From: an uncultured Bacteroidales bacterium
GTDB taxonomy: Bacteria > Bacteroidota > Bacteroidia > Bacteroidales > P3
Direction of reading: 5' to 3'
DNA: 64,000 nt
NCBI GenBank assembly: GCA_946406015.1
Contig: CAMJJD010000002.1
Span: 4,787 to 68,786, forward strand
The notes beneath the pieces were generated by a model that saw only the letters and a list, made by a program, of their open reading frames with translations, made no database searches and was not told where the DNA came from. A program made the translations under genes and the position numbers. This document shows, piece after piece, positions 36,331-45,132 of the stretch; the first letter of the stretch is position 1; every line of letters begins with the position of its first letter.

Positions 36331-36505
36331 GAGCCCGCAAGCGGGCGACAGTCATTAGCCGTGGGCGTCAACCCACGGAACAAGAAACAAAGACGACACA
36401 TTGAGAAGCCCTGAAAGGGCGACAGTCATTAGCCGTGGGCGTGAGCCCACGGAAACAAAACAGAAAACTCCCTTTTTAAGAGCCCCGTAGGGGCGACAGA
36501 CAACT
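36331..36505. repeat. 2.5 copies of a 74-bp unit, each made of two hairpins joined by GACAGTCATTAG
   Basis: A 26-bp identical block occurs at 36343-36368 and 36417-36442. Hairpin a lies at 36333-36346, 36408-36420 and 36482-36494. Hairpin b lies at 36359-36378 and 36433-36452. Confidence 0.85.
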
Positions 36506-37369
36506 ATGGGAAACGACAACAATCAAGATTGGACGACAATAATCAAGCCCAAGGAGCGCCTGCTGCAGGTGGACCTGAAAGAGCTCTGGCGCTACCGCGA
36601 CCTGACGAGCCTCTTCGTGCGGCGCAACATCACCACACAGTACAAGCAGACCATCCTCGGGCCGCTGTGGTATATCATACAGCCCGCCATGACGGTCATC
36701 ATGTATATGGTGGTCTTCGGCGGCATCGCCAAGATACCCACCGACGGACTGCCGCAGCCGCTCTTCTACCTCAGCGGCATCTGCCTCTGGCAATACTTCA
36801 ACGACTGCCTCACCAAGACGTCGTCGACCTTCACCGCCAACGCCGGCATCTTCGGCAAGGTCTACTTCCCACGCATGGTGGTGCCCATCTCGACCGTCAT
36901 TAGCAACCTGCTGCGCTTCGGCATCCAGTTCGGACTCTTCCTAGTGGTCTACGCCATCTACCAGCTGTTCATCATCCCCGGGCAGATACACACCAACTGG
37001 TATGCCCTGCTGCTGCCGCTGCTGGTCTTGATGCTGGCGGGTCTGGCCTTGGGCTTCGGCATCCTCTTCTCGAGTCTCACCACCAAATACCGCGACATGA
37101 CGCTGCTGCTCGACTTCTTCATCCGCTTGTGGATGTATGCCACACCGGTCATCTACCCACTGAGCACTATCACCAACGAGAAGCTGCGCTTCGTCATGAG
37201 CCTCAACCCCTTGACGGGTATTGTCGAAGCCTTCAAATACGGCTTCCTTGGCGAGGGCCAGTTCAGCTGGGGTCTGCTGGGCTATAGCTTCGCCTTCATG
37301 GTGGTACTGCTGGCCATCGGCATCGTCATCTTCAACCGCGTGCAACGCACCTTCATGGATACGGTGTGA
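36506..37369 (+). CDS. wzm: ABC-2 type polysaccharide export permease
   Basis: 287 aa with six TM segments. The N-terminal region LWRYRDLTSLFVRRNITTQYKQTILGPLWYIIQP is typical of Wzm/TagG. Confidence 0.85.
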   Translation: MGNDNNQDWTTIIKPKERLLQVDLKELWRYRDLTSLFVRRNITTQYKQTILGPLWYIIQPAMTVIMYMVVFGGIAKIPTDGLPQPLFYLSGICLWQYFNDCLTKTSSTFTANAGIFGKVYFPRMVVPISTVISNLLRFGIQFGLFLVVYAIYQLFIIPGQIHTNWYALLLPLLVLMLAGLALGFGILFSSLTTKYRDMTLLLDFFIRLWMYATPVIYPLSTITNEKLRFVMSLNPLTGIVEAFKYGFLGEGQFSWGLLGYSFAFMVVLLAIGIVIFNRVQRTFMDTV

Positions 37370-37415
37370 TTTGACAGAACCGCCCAATTCGAATATCAAA
37401 CAAAGAGTAATCATT

Positions 37416-37889
37416 ATGACCCACCTTGACGAGATAAGCCGCAAGGCCCAGATGGACGACATGCGCTCCTTCGACGAGCCGATGCCTGCCGTCGGCATCT
37501 TCTGGTATGACCCTGAAGACCACTCGCTTTTCGGTGTACGGAAAAAGGAGATAACACCACGCGAAGTGGAAGAGGCTGCCGAAAAAGGGAAGCCTTTCAT
37601 CAACTACCCGCACCTGCATCGTCAAGTATGGGCCAAGGAGTATTTCCGTGCCCAGGCCAAGCACTTGGACACCAAGTTCAAAGGAGACTACACACAGATA
37701 CCTTGCGGTCGTGTGGCGTGGACAATTGACAAGTTCATCGTCCTCGTAGGACATTGGGCCGAGCCCATCCAAGACGAATTAAGCGAACTGATTGAACAAG
37801 AGTTCGCCCTGCCCTACTTCGAGTTTGTCTACGACGAACATTGGGACCTCGGTCATGGATGGTCGGGCGATATGCCCACAAGCCGATAG
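37416..37889 (+). CDS. hypothetical protein (157 aa), no recognised family
   Basis: ORF with an ATG at 37416. The upstream part of the 37221 ORF overlaps wzm and is low-complexity. Codon usage resembles that of its neighbours. Confidence 0.55.
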   Translation: MTHLDEISRKAQMDDMRSFDEPMPAVGIFWYDPEDHSLFGVRKKEITPREVEEAAEKGKPFINYPHLHRQVWAKEYFRAQAKHLDTKFKGDYTQIPCGRVAWTIDKFIVLVGHWAEPIQDELSELIEQEFALPYFEFVYDEHWDLGHGWSGDMPTSR

Positions 37890-37937
37890 CAGCACTGGCA
37901 AGACCATCCGATTGAGACAGAAACAAACGGGGACAAG

Positions 37938-39056
37938 ATGACCGAGATGCAACTGGCATACAACATGCTGAAAGCTGCCCTGGACGGGAGCAAGCCCTGT
38001 CTAGGCATCGAACTGCCCGATACCAACCACTGGTGGAGCCTCTTCCGCCTGCTGCAACGCAACCGTGTGGCGGCACTATGCTATGAGGCGGCAGCGACTG
38101 CAGGAGCACCGCGCACAGTGTTGATGCCCTGGCTGGCCGAACATGAGAAGGCCGTCGACTGGCACCGCCACCAGCGACAGGTGCAGCAGGACATCATCGA
38201 CACCATGGCGCGTCACGGTATCGAGACGCTCGTGCTGAAGGGGACCCGCCTGGCGCAGTACTACCCGAGACCCGAGGAGCGCGAGTTCGGCGATCTGGAC
38301 CTCTACTTCTACGACCGGCACAAGGAAGCCGACCGAGTAGCACGAAATGTGTTGAAGGTAGAAGTCAGCAACGACGCCCACCACCACAGTAAATACAACT
38401 ACCGCGGCGTGACGGTGGAGAGCCACTACGACTTCGTCAACGTGCACTATCCACCCAGCAACCGCCGGTATGAAGCCTTGCTCAAAGAGTTAGTCGGTAA
38501 TAATAGCCTCACCGACTCAAAGTCTCAAAGTCTCAAAGTCTCAAGGACTCAAGGACTCAAAGACTCAACGGCTCAAGGTCAACTTTCAACTTTCGAAATT
38601 CTCTTCCTGCTCCGCCATATGGCCTGCCACTTCGCCTCGAGCCGTATCACCCTGCGCGAACTGACGGATTGGGCACTCACCTGCCAGGCGTTGCAAGGAG
38701 AGGTGGATTGGAAACGGGTACAACAGTCGGTCGACGACTACGGCATGAGGCCGTTTGCCAGCGCTCTGAACCTCATCGCAGAACGACAGCTGGGAATCGT
38801 CCTGCCATTGCAAAATGACAACAATCCGGATATTCTGGCCAACACGGCCTCTCTCGAGCGTGACATCGTCTACGGGAGCCCTGAGACCGACGACAAGAAT
38901 GCAGACGGCCTTGGCCGCCTCACATGGAAGATGCGCCGCTGGAACGCCCTCGCCTGGAAGCGCAAGATGGTCTACAGCGACAGCCCATCGAGCCTGATGC
39001 TGGCCAGCCTCACCTCCCACGCCGAGAAACCCCGCAGCATCCTGCACAAACAATAA
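37938..39056 (+). CDS. uncharacterised nucleotidyltransferase-family protein (NTP_transf_5-like) carrying an in-frame 8-bp-repeat insertion
   Basis: 372 aa. The GDLDLYF motif preceded by LVLKG is typical of the 'uncharacterised nucleotidyltransferase' family. The family call is by recall. Confidence 0.55.
   Translation: MTEMQLAYNMLKAALDGSKPCLGIELPDTNHWWSLFRLLQRNRVAALCYEAAATAGAPRTVLMPWLAEHEKAVDWHRHQRQVQQDIIDTMARHGIETLVLKGTRLAQYYPRPEEREFGDLDLYFYDRHKEADRVARNVLKVEVSNDAHHHSKYNYRGVTVESHYDFVNVHYPPSNRRYEALLKELVGNNSLTDSKSQSLKVSRTQGLKDSTAQGQLSTFEILFLLRHMACHFASSRITLRELTDWALTCQALQGEVDWKRVQQSVDDYGMRPFASALNLIAERQLGIVLPLQNDNNPDILANTASLERDIVYGSPETDDKNADGLGRLTWKMRRWNALAWKRKMVYSDSPSSLMLASLTSHAEKPRSILHKQ
38514..38585 (+). 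repeat. 8-bp tandem array (GACTCAAA/GTCTCAAA type, 8-9 units) inside the nucleotidyltransferase CDS
   Basis: Units start at 38514, 22, 30, 38, 46, 54, 62, 70 (and 78). The array encodes TDSKSQSLKVSRTQGLKDSTAQGQ. Confidence 0.85.
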
Positions 39057-39088
39057 TCTCAATCAAAACTAAAAAAACAAAAGAGCTC

Positions 39089-39199
39089 GAAATCTTGATG
39101 TCTCGACATCTCGATGTTTTTTCGACTTTTTTACTTTTCGTCTTTTAACTCAGCGACTAACACATTAACGCATTTACACATTAACACATTCATATAATG
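39089..39199 (+). repeat. ~14-unit 8-bp-periodic tract running into the wzt start codon; its last 40 bp are 38/40 identical to 62259-62298
   Basis: gaaatctt gatgtctc gacatctc gatgtttt ttcgactt ttttactt ttcgtctt (one 1-nt register slip) tttaactc agcgacta acacatta acgcattt acacatta acacattc atataATG. Confidence 0.8.
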
Positions 39200-40465
39200 G
39201 CCACTGCCATCGAATTCAATAATATCAGCAAAATCTACCGCCTGGGAATGGTCGGCACCGGCACCTTGGCGCACGACTTGAAGCGCTGGTGGACAATGAA
39301 CGTCCGCGGTAAGGAAGACCCTTACCTGACCATCGGTGAGACCAACGACCGCAGCACCAAGGGCGAGAGCGAGTACGTATGGGCCTTGAGGGATATCGAC
39401 TTCAAAGTGGAGCAGGGCGACGTGGTGGGCATCATCGGCAAGAACGGTGCCGGCAAGAGCACCCTGCTGAAGATTCTCTCCAAGGTCACTGCGCCCACCA
39501 CCGGCACCATCCGTGCCCGTGGACGTATCGGCAGTCTGTTGGAGGTCGGCACCGGCTTCCATCCCGAGATGACGGGAAGGGAGAACATCTACATGAACGG
39601 TGCCATCCTCGGCATGACCAAAGCCGAGATTACCAAAAAACTTGATGAGATTGTCGACTTCAGCGGCTGCGAGCGTTATATCGACACCCCCGTGAAGCGT
39701 TACAGCAGCGGCATGATGGTGCGCTTAGGTTTTGCCGTCGCCGCCCATCTCGACCCAGAAATATTGGTCGTCGACGAAGTCCTCGCCGTCGGCGACGCCG
39801 AATTCCAGAAGAAAGCCATCGGCAAGATGCAGGATGTGAGTAGAGGTGAAGGAAGGACGGTATTATTTGTGAGTCATAATATGGCAAGTATACGAGCTCT
39901 CTGCCACACTGGCATACTCCTGAATAATGGCCACATACAAACCATAGGCAAGATAAATGAAGTAGTAGAAACTTACATTGGAGGCAAGAAAGACAGCAAC
40001 AATTCTATTTACGAAGACATTGCCATTGCTCCAGGAAACGACAAGATCCGAATCCGCGAATTTTCCATAAACCCTATACATGGAAATATAATTGATGTAG
40101 AATCAGGCATTCATATAAATCTTGTTTTCAAAAACAACACCCCAAACATCATACTGGACACAACATTTGAATTACGTACTGCTGATGATGTAATTGTATT
40201 CCATACAGGGAAGGTGCTGAGTCCCGATGGTGATTCTCGAAAAGGGTTCTACCAAGTAAATTTTGACATCCCCGCCCACACCCTCAATACAGGAAACTAC
40301 ACATTACGAATATGGTTCGGACAGAATCAGAAATACATTCTTTGGGGAACCTATGAGCATTACTTCCATATAGAAAACACATACACTAACCAAGGTCGAA
40401 ACCTCAATAATCTTCCTGGAATAATGAAACCACAATTCGATATAAGCACTAGTTTTTTAGAGTAA
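39197..40465 (+). CDS. wzt: polysaccharide ABC exporter ATP-binding protein with C-terminal glycan-binding-type domain
   Basis: 422 aa with Walker A GKNGAGKST, signature YSSGMMVRL and Walker B LVVDEVLAVGD. The ~170-aa C-terminal extension is as in Wzt/TagH. Composition changes abruptly near 39840-39870. Confidence 0.88.
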   Translation: MATAIEFNNISKIYRLGMVGTGTLAHDLKRWWTMNVRGKEDPYLTIGETNDRSTKGESEYVWALRDIDFKVEQGDVVGIIGKNGAGKSTLLKILSKVTAPTTGTIRARGRIGSLLEVGTGFHPEMTGRENIYMNGAILGMTKAEITKKLDEIVDFSGCERYIDTPVKRYSSGMMVRLGFAVAAHLDPEILVVDEVLAVGDAEFQKKAIGKMQDVSRGEGRTVLFVSHNMASIRALCHTGILLNNGHIQTIGKINEVVETYIGGKKDSNNSIYEDIAIAPGNDKIRIREFSINPIHGNIIDVESGIHINLVFKNNTPNIILDTTFELRTADDVIVFHTGKVLSPDGDSRKGFYQVNFDIPAHTLNTGNYTLRIWFGQNQKYILWGTYEHYFHIENTYTNQGRNLNNLPGIMKPQFDISTSFLE

Positions 40466-40467
40466 CC

Positions 40468-40872
40468 ATGAAAGCGCATATTATAGAACTGCCCAAAATA
40501 CCCGACCATCGAGGCAATTTGACTTTTATTGAAGAGCAGCAGCACATTCCGTTTATAATTAAGCGTACATTTTGGATTTATGATGTCCCCGGAGGGGAGA
40601 ATCGCGGGGGACATGCTTACAAGGAAACGGAAGAATTTATTGTTGCCCTCAGCGGTAGTTTTACCGTACTATTAGACAATGGACACGAGCGGAAAGAGTT
40701 TCACCTAAACCGATCCTATTATGGGTTATATGTTCCAAAAATGATTTGGCGTGAAATGACTGATTTTTCCACCAATTCACTTGCGCTAGTATTGGCATCT
40801 ACCCACTACCTTACTGATGATTATATTCGAGATTATTCCATCTTCAAAAGAACATTAGATGACAACCATTGA
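40468..40872 (+). CDS. WxcM/FdtA-like cupin (sugar 3,4-ketoisomerase family), copy 1
   Basis: 134 aa. DHRGNLTFIE...YDVPGGENRGGHAYKE matches the FdtA/QdtA family. The His-x-Tyr variant (GGHAY) replaces the His-x-His motif. Confidence 0.78.
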   Translation: MKAHIIELPKIPDHRGNLTFIEEQQHIPFIIKRTFWIYDVPGGENRGGHAYKETEEFIVALSGSFTVLLDNGHERKEFHLNRSYYGLYVPKMIWREMTDFSTNSLALVLASTHYLTDDYIRDYSIFKRTLDDNH

Positions 40873-41278
40873 TGACTGCAAAATAATTACTCTAGACCGC
40901 CACCACAGCGACCGACAGGGGGATTTGTCCGTTGTAGAGAACAATATCAATATTCCATTTGAGTCAAAAAGAGTCTATTACCTATACGATGTTCCAGGAG
41001 GAGCGGAACGTGGCGGACATGCCCATAAGGCACTGCAACAACTGATTGTCGCAGCTAGCGGTAGTTTCACTGTATTGTTGGACGATGGCAAGACGAAACT
41101 TTCCGTCACATTAAATAGGCCTTATCAAGGACTATTCATAGTACCAGGCATATGGCGGGAGCTTGTTGATTTCTCGTCCGGGGCAATATGTTTAGTAATA
41201 GCCTCAGAGAAATATGATGAGTGTGATTATATAAGGGAATATGGTGAGTTTTTAACATTCAAGAAAAAATGGAACTAG
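40859..41278 (+). CDS. WxcM/FdtA-like cupin (sugar 3,4-ketoisomerase family), copy 2
   Basis: 139 aa with DRQGDLSVVE...YDVPGGAERGGHAHKA (canonical GGHAH). It overlaps the previous gene by 14 nt. Confidence 0.78.
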   Translation: MTTIDDCKIITLDRHHSDRQGDLSVVENNINIPFESKRVYYLYDVPGGAERGGHAHKALQQLIVAASGSFTVLLDDGKTKLSVTLNRPYQGLFIVPGIWRELVDFSSGAICLVIASEKYDECDYIREYGEFLTFKKKWN

Positions 41279-42051
41279 AAATGTTTACTGGGACAGGGGC
41301 AATAATCAGCCCATCTGCCATATTAGGAAAAAACGTCCGCATTGGCGACCGCACTATCATATACGACAGTGTGGAGATTGGAGACAACACAATTATTTGT
41401 AACGACTGCATAATTGGGGAACCTTTAAATGCATACTACAAAGAAACCGGCAATTACAATAATCCCCGAACAGTCATAGGAGCCGACTCGCTTATACGCA
41501 GCCATACCATTATCTATGCTGGGAATATAATAGGTGATCATTTTCAAACAGGGCATCGCGTTACATTGCGCGAAAATACAATACTCGGCTCACATTGCAG
41601 TTTAGGGACATTGGATGATATTCAAGGCCACTCTCGCTTTGGCAATTATTGTCGTTTACACAGCAACGTCCATATTGGCATGCATTCAGAGTTAGGGAAT
41701 TTCGTGTTTGTATATCCATATGTGGTTTTCACCAACGACCCCACTCCTCCTTCTGAGAATCTAATTGGGCCCTCCGTCGATGATTATACACAGATTGCCA
41801 CAGGCAGCATTTTACTTCCCGGCGTGAAGATTGGCAAACACTGCGTGATTGGTGCACACTCTCTTGTATCTAAAGATATTGATGATTACATGTTAGCGGT
41901 AGGCACACCTGCCAAATCTATCAAGAATGTGAGAGATATTATTGATCGATCAACAGGAAAGCCTCATTACCCATGGCCATATCATTTTGATAGAGGTATG
42001 CCATGGAATGAAACTGGATTTGAAGAATGGAAAAACATGTCAGAAAAATGA
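41269..42051 (+). CDS. left-handed beta-helix (hexapeptide-repeat) N-acetyltransferase, FdtC/QdtC-like
   Basis: 260 aa with repeated [LIV]G-x4 hexapeptides ([19 protein letters not shown]...). Confidence 0.78.
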   Translation: MELEMFTGTGAIISPSAILGKNVRIGDRTIIYDSVEIGDNTIICNDCIIGEPLNAYYKETGNYNNPRTVIGADSLIRSHTIIYAGNIIGDHFQTGHRVTLRENTILGSHCSLGTLDDIQGHSRFGNYCRLHSNVHIGMHSELGNFVFVYPYVVFTNDPTPPSENLIGPSVDDYTQIATGSILLPGVKIGKHCVIGAHSLVSKDIDDYMLAVGTPAKSIKNVRDIIDRSTGKPHYPWPYHFDRGMPWNETGFEEWKNMSEK

Positions 42052-43145
42052 TTTCTTTTCTACCATTAAAAAACATCACATTATCGTATAACGATGAAGT
42101 CGCAGAGGCGATAAAACGAGTAATAAATAGTGGCTGGTATATTCAAGGGCAAGAAAACACAACTTTTGAGCACAACTATGCCAAATATATCGGCTCCAGC
42201 CACTGCATTGGTTGCGGCAACGGATTAGATGCACTGACACTTATCTTGCGTGCATACAAGGAACTAAACATCATGCACGATGGGGATGAGATTATTGTAC
42301 CAGCAAACACATATATCGCTTCAATTCTTGCAATTACTGAGAACAATTTGATTCCCGTGCTAGTAGAACCTCGGGGCGAGACACTCGAAATTGACGACAG
42401 TCTCATTGAAAAGCATATTACCGACCGCACCAAAGCAATCATGATAGTGCATCTCTATGGCCGATGCGCCTATACAAACAACATCGGGGATTTGTGCCAA
42501 AAACACAATCTTAAACTGATTGAGGATAACGCACAAGCGCACGGCTGTCGTTTCGGCACAAAACGTACTGGCTCACTCGGTGACGCTGCCGGACATTCGT
42601 TCTATCCTGGTAAAAACCTTGGCGCCTTGGGAGATGCTGGAGCAGTTACAACAGATGACGAAGAATTGGCAACATGTGTCCGTGCATTGGCCAACTATGG
42701 GAGTTCTCAAAAGTATGTATTCGATTATTGTGGTCGTAACAGTCGACTTGACGAAATCCAAGCCGCAGTATTAAATGTAAAGCTAAGGCATCTGGATGAC
42801 GACAATTCCAAAAGGCAACAAGTGGCGAACTATTACTATAACAACATATCTCATCCAGAAATCAAACTGCCATCACAATTGCCCGATGAAAACAATGTCT
42901 ACCATCTCTTTCCCATTTTCTGCACAAAGCGTGATGAACTACAAAATTATCTTACCCAAAATGAGGTGCAAACCCTGATACACTATCCTATTCCCCCGCA
43001 CAAACAAAAATGTTATAATGGTTGGAACAACATCTCACTTCCAATTACCGAAAAGATTCACAAAGAAGAGCTATCACTACCTATAAGTCCAGTGATATCT
43101 ACAGACAATGTAAAACGGGTTGTTGAATTACTAAACGCATTCTAA
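42048..43145 (+). CDS. DegT/DnrJ/EryC1/StrS family aminotransferase (dTDP-3-keto-6-deoxyhexose 3-aminotransferase, FdtB/QdtB-like)
   Basis: The PLP-lysine context [15 protein letters not shown] is typical of DegT. The ATG at 42048 overlaps the upstream stop (ATGA). The longer ORF starts at 42027. Confidence 0.88.
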   Translation: MISFLPLKNITLSYNDEVAEAIKRVINSGWYIQGQENTTFEHNYAKYIGSSHCIGCGNGLDALTLILRAYKELNIMHDGDEIIVPANTYIASILAITENNLIPVLVEPRGETLEIDDSLIEKHITDRTKAIMIVHLYGRCAYTNNIGDLCQKHNLKLIEDNAQAHGCRFGTKRTGSLGDAAGHSFYPGKNLGALGDAGAVTTDDEELATCVRALANYGSSQKYVFDYCGRNSRLDEIQAAVLNVKLRHLDDDNSKRQQVANYYYNNISHPEIKLPSQLPDENNVYHLFPIFCTKRDELQNYLTQNEVQTLIHYPIPPHKQKCYNGWNNISLPITEKIHKEELSLPISPVISTDNVKRVVELLNAF

Positions 43146-43166
43146 AGAAGGCCCCAAGAACATAAA

Positions 43167-44189
43167 GTGAAAGAACGAGATTCAAATATAGAATTACTTC
43201 GCATAGTAGCCACATTATTCATCCTGATTGTTCATTGCAACGGATGGTTCTTGCGTGATTGGGGTGAGATATCTTGGCTATCTGGTGGATACGCGGTATG
43301 CGCAGCCAGAATAACCATTCAAAATATTACATGTATCGGTGTTATTCTTTTCGTCCTTATTTCAGGATTCTATGGCATACGTCCTAAATTAAAGTCATTA
43401 GTCAACCTTTTCACACTTCTCCTGTTCTTCTATGTCGGCAGCTATCTTCTTTGCTGCCATTGTGGCCAGGACGTTTTTTCATGGAAAGGCCTTCTCAAGA
43501 ACGTTCTTGCATTCTCAAGAGAAAATTGGTTTATTAATTGCTACCTGTTTCTAATACTCCTCTCTCCAATTCTAAATGCTTTTATGGAAAGAACCACGGC
43601 CCGCAATGCGCGAATATATCTAAGCGTATTCCTTATCTGCGCTTTTTATTGGGGCTGTGTTAATCCATCAATTTATTTCTATTTTAACAGTGGTTATAGT
43701 GTAACTACCATGGTTCTGATATACCTGATTGGCAGGTATATGAGCCTGCACGTTAAAGAGCAAATCACAAAACGGAAATACAGCCACCTTATTTTTGCAT
43801 ATATTGTTTCTCTTCTAATATTGATAGGGTTCTTTTGCCTCGAGCAAAAAACGGAGAGGCCTCTTACTTGCTATTGCAGTCCATTCAGTATTGCTTCTGC
43901 TGTATGCTTCTTTTGGCTTTTTTACAGAATGCCTATTCCAACCAATCCGATTGTGAACTGGATAGGGAAATCATGTCTCGCATGTTTTATATTACATACA
44001 TGTCAACCTATCATAGGATGGTTAGCTTCAAAAGACGTCTACACTTTCATGAATTATCCATTCCTTCATTATTGCGGAAAAATGGTATTAATAATTGGGG
44101 GGATATTTATTATTTCAATCATGCTGGATAAAATCAGGGGCCTTGTCTTTTACCCAATTATTAATCTGGCTGGAAAAATCAAAAAATGA
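43167..44189 (+). CDS. acyltransferase family 3 membrane O-acyltransferase
   Basis: 340 aa, polytopic, with N-terminal NIELLRIVATLFILIVHC typical of acyltransferase_3. GTG start. AT-rich. Confidence 0.75.
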   Translation: MKERDSNIELLRIVATLFILIVHCNGWFLRDWGEISWLSGGYAVCAARITIQNITCIGVILFVLISGFYGIRPKLKSLVNLFTLLLFFYVGSYLLCCHCGQDVFSWKGLLKNVLAFSRENWFINCYLFLILLSPILNAFMERTTARNARIYLSVFLICAFYWGCVNPSIYFYFNSGYSVTTMVLIYLIGRYMSLHVKEQITKRKYSHLIFAYIVSLLILIGFFCLEQKTERPLTCYCSPFSIASAVCFFWLFYRMPIPTNPIVNWIGKSCLACFILHTCQPIIGWLASKDVYTFMNYPFLHYCGKMVLIIGGIFIISIMLDKIRGLVFYPIINLAGKIKK

Positions 44190-44208
44190 ATTAACCTTTT
44201 TCTAATTT

Positions 44209-45132
44209 ATGATGACCCCTCCAAAACCACTGGTATCAGCCTACGTGATAACCTATAATTCATCTAAAACAATAGTTGAGACTCTAGATAGTATATACCA
44301 TCAAACCTATCAGAACATAGAACTAATAATAAGTGACGATTGCTCGGCAGATAATACAGTCGATCTCTGTAAAAAATGGATAGCCGAAAACGATAGTCGC
44401 TTCACGCAAACTGAGATTATCGAATCTTCTACCAATACAGGAATTGCGGCCAATTGCAATCGTGCAGAGGATATATGCCATGCCAAATGGGTTAAACCTC
44501 TCGCTGGTGACGATATCCTATTACCTGATTGCATTGACACATATATGAATTTCGTCAAGGGCCAGGATGACTTGCCTTGTATCTTCAGCAGAGTACAATG
44601 CTTTGATGCTGATACCGGAAAAAACATTCATACCAACACTCCCTTTGATTATTCCTTCTTTTCAAAAACAAGAGAACAACAGCTTTCCCGTTTAATATAT
44701 GATGGCAATTGCATACCTGCAGCATCCGCATTTATCAACATACATCTTTTACGCAAACTCAGCATACGAAACGACGAACGGATTCCTCTACTCGAAGACT
44801 GGCCTAAATGGATAAATATTCTTAACGCCGGGTATCACCTTGACTTTCTAGATAAAATACTTGTGAAATACCGTATGAATAGTGGGACCTCAACATCAGG
44901 ACTTAATCCTGATTTTTACCACTCCATGCAGTTATTTACACTTCTTTATAAATATCCCGAATGGAAAAAACGTGACCCTGAAGATGCGTACCGCCGACTA
45001 AGACTCTGTATGGGGGACGACAAGCCTCCCCTCGGTGTCAGAGATCGCAGAAATTTACAGGTTGGGCGTTTTATTCTCAAACCCATATATTATTTTAAGG
45101 ATTATTTTCGACAAATAAAACGCCAGCGATGA
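44209..45132 (+). CDS. glycosyltransferase family 2
   Basis: VSAYVITYNSSKTIVETLDSIYHQTYQNIELIISDDCSADNT plus DD/ED motifs. Confidence 0.85.
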   Translation: MMTPPKPLVSAYVITYNSSKTIVETLDSIYHQTYQNIELIISDDCSADNTVDLCKKWIAENDSRFTQTEIIESSTNTGIAANCNRAEDICHAKWVKPLAGDDILLPDCIDTYMNFVKGQDDLPCIFSRVQCFDADTGKNIHTNTPFDYSFFSKTREQQLSRLIYDGNCIPAASAFINIHLLRKLSIRNDERIPLLEDWPKWINILNAGYHLDFLDKILVKYRMNSGTSTSGLNPDFYHSMQLFTLLYKYPEWKKRDPEDAYRRLRLCMGDDKPPLGVRDRRNLQVGRFILKPIYYFKDYFRQIKRQR

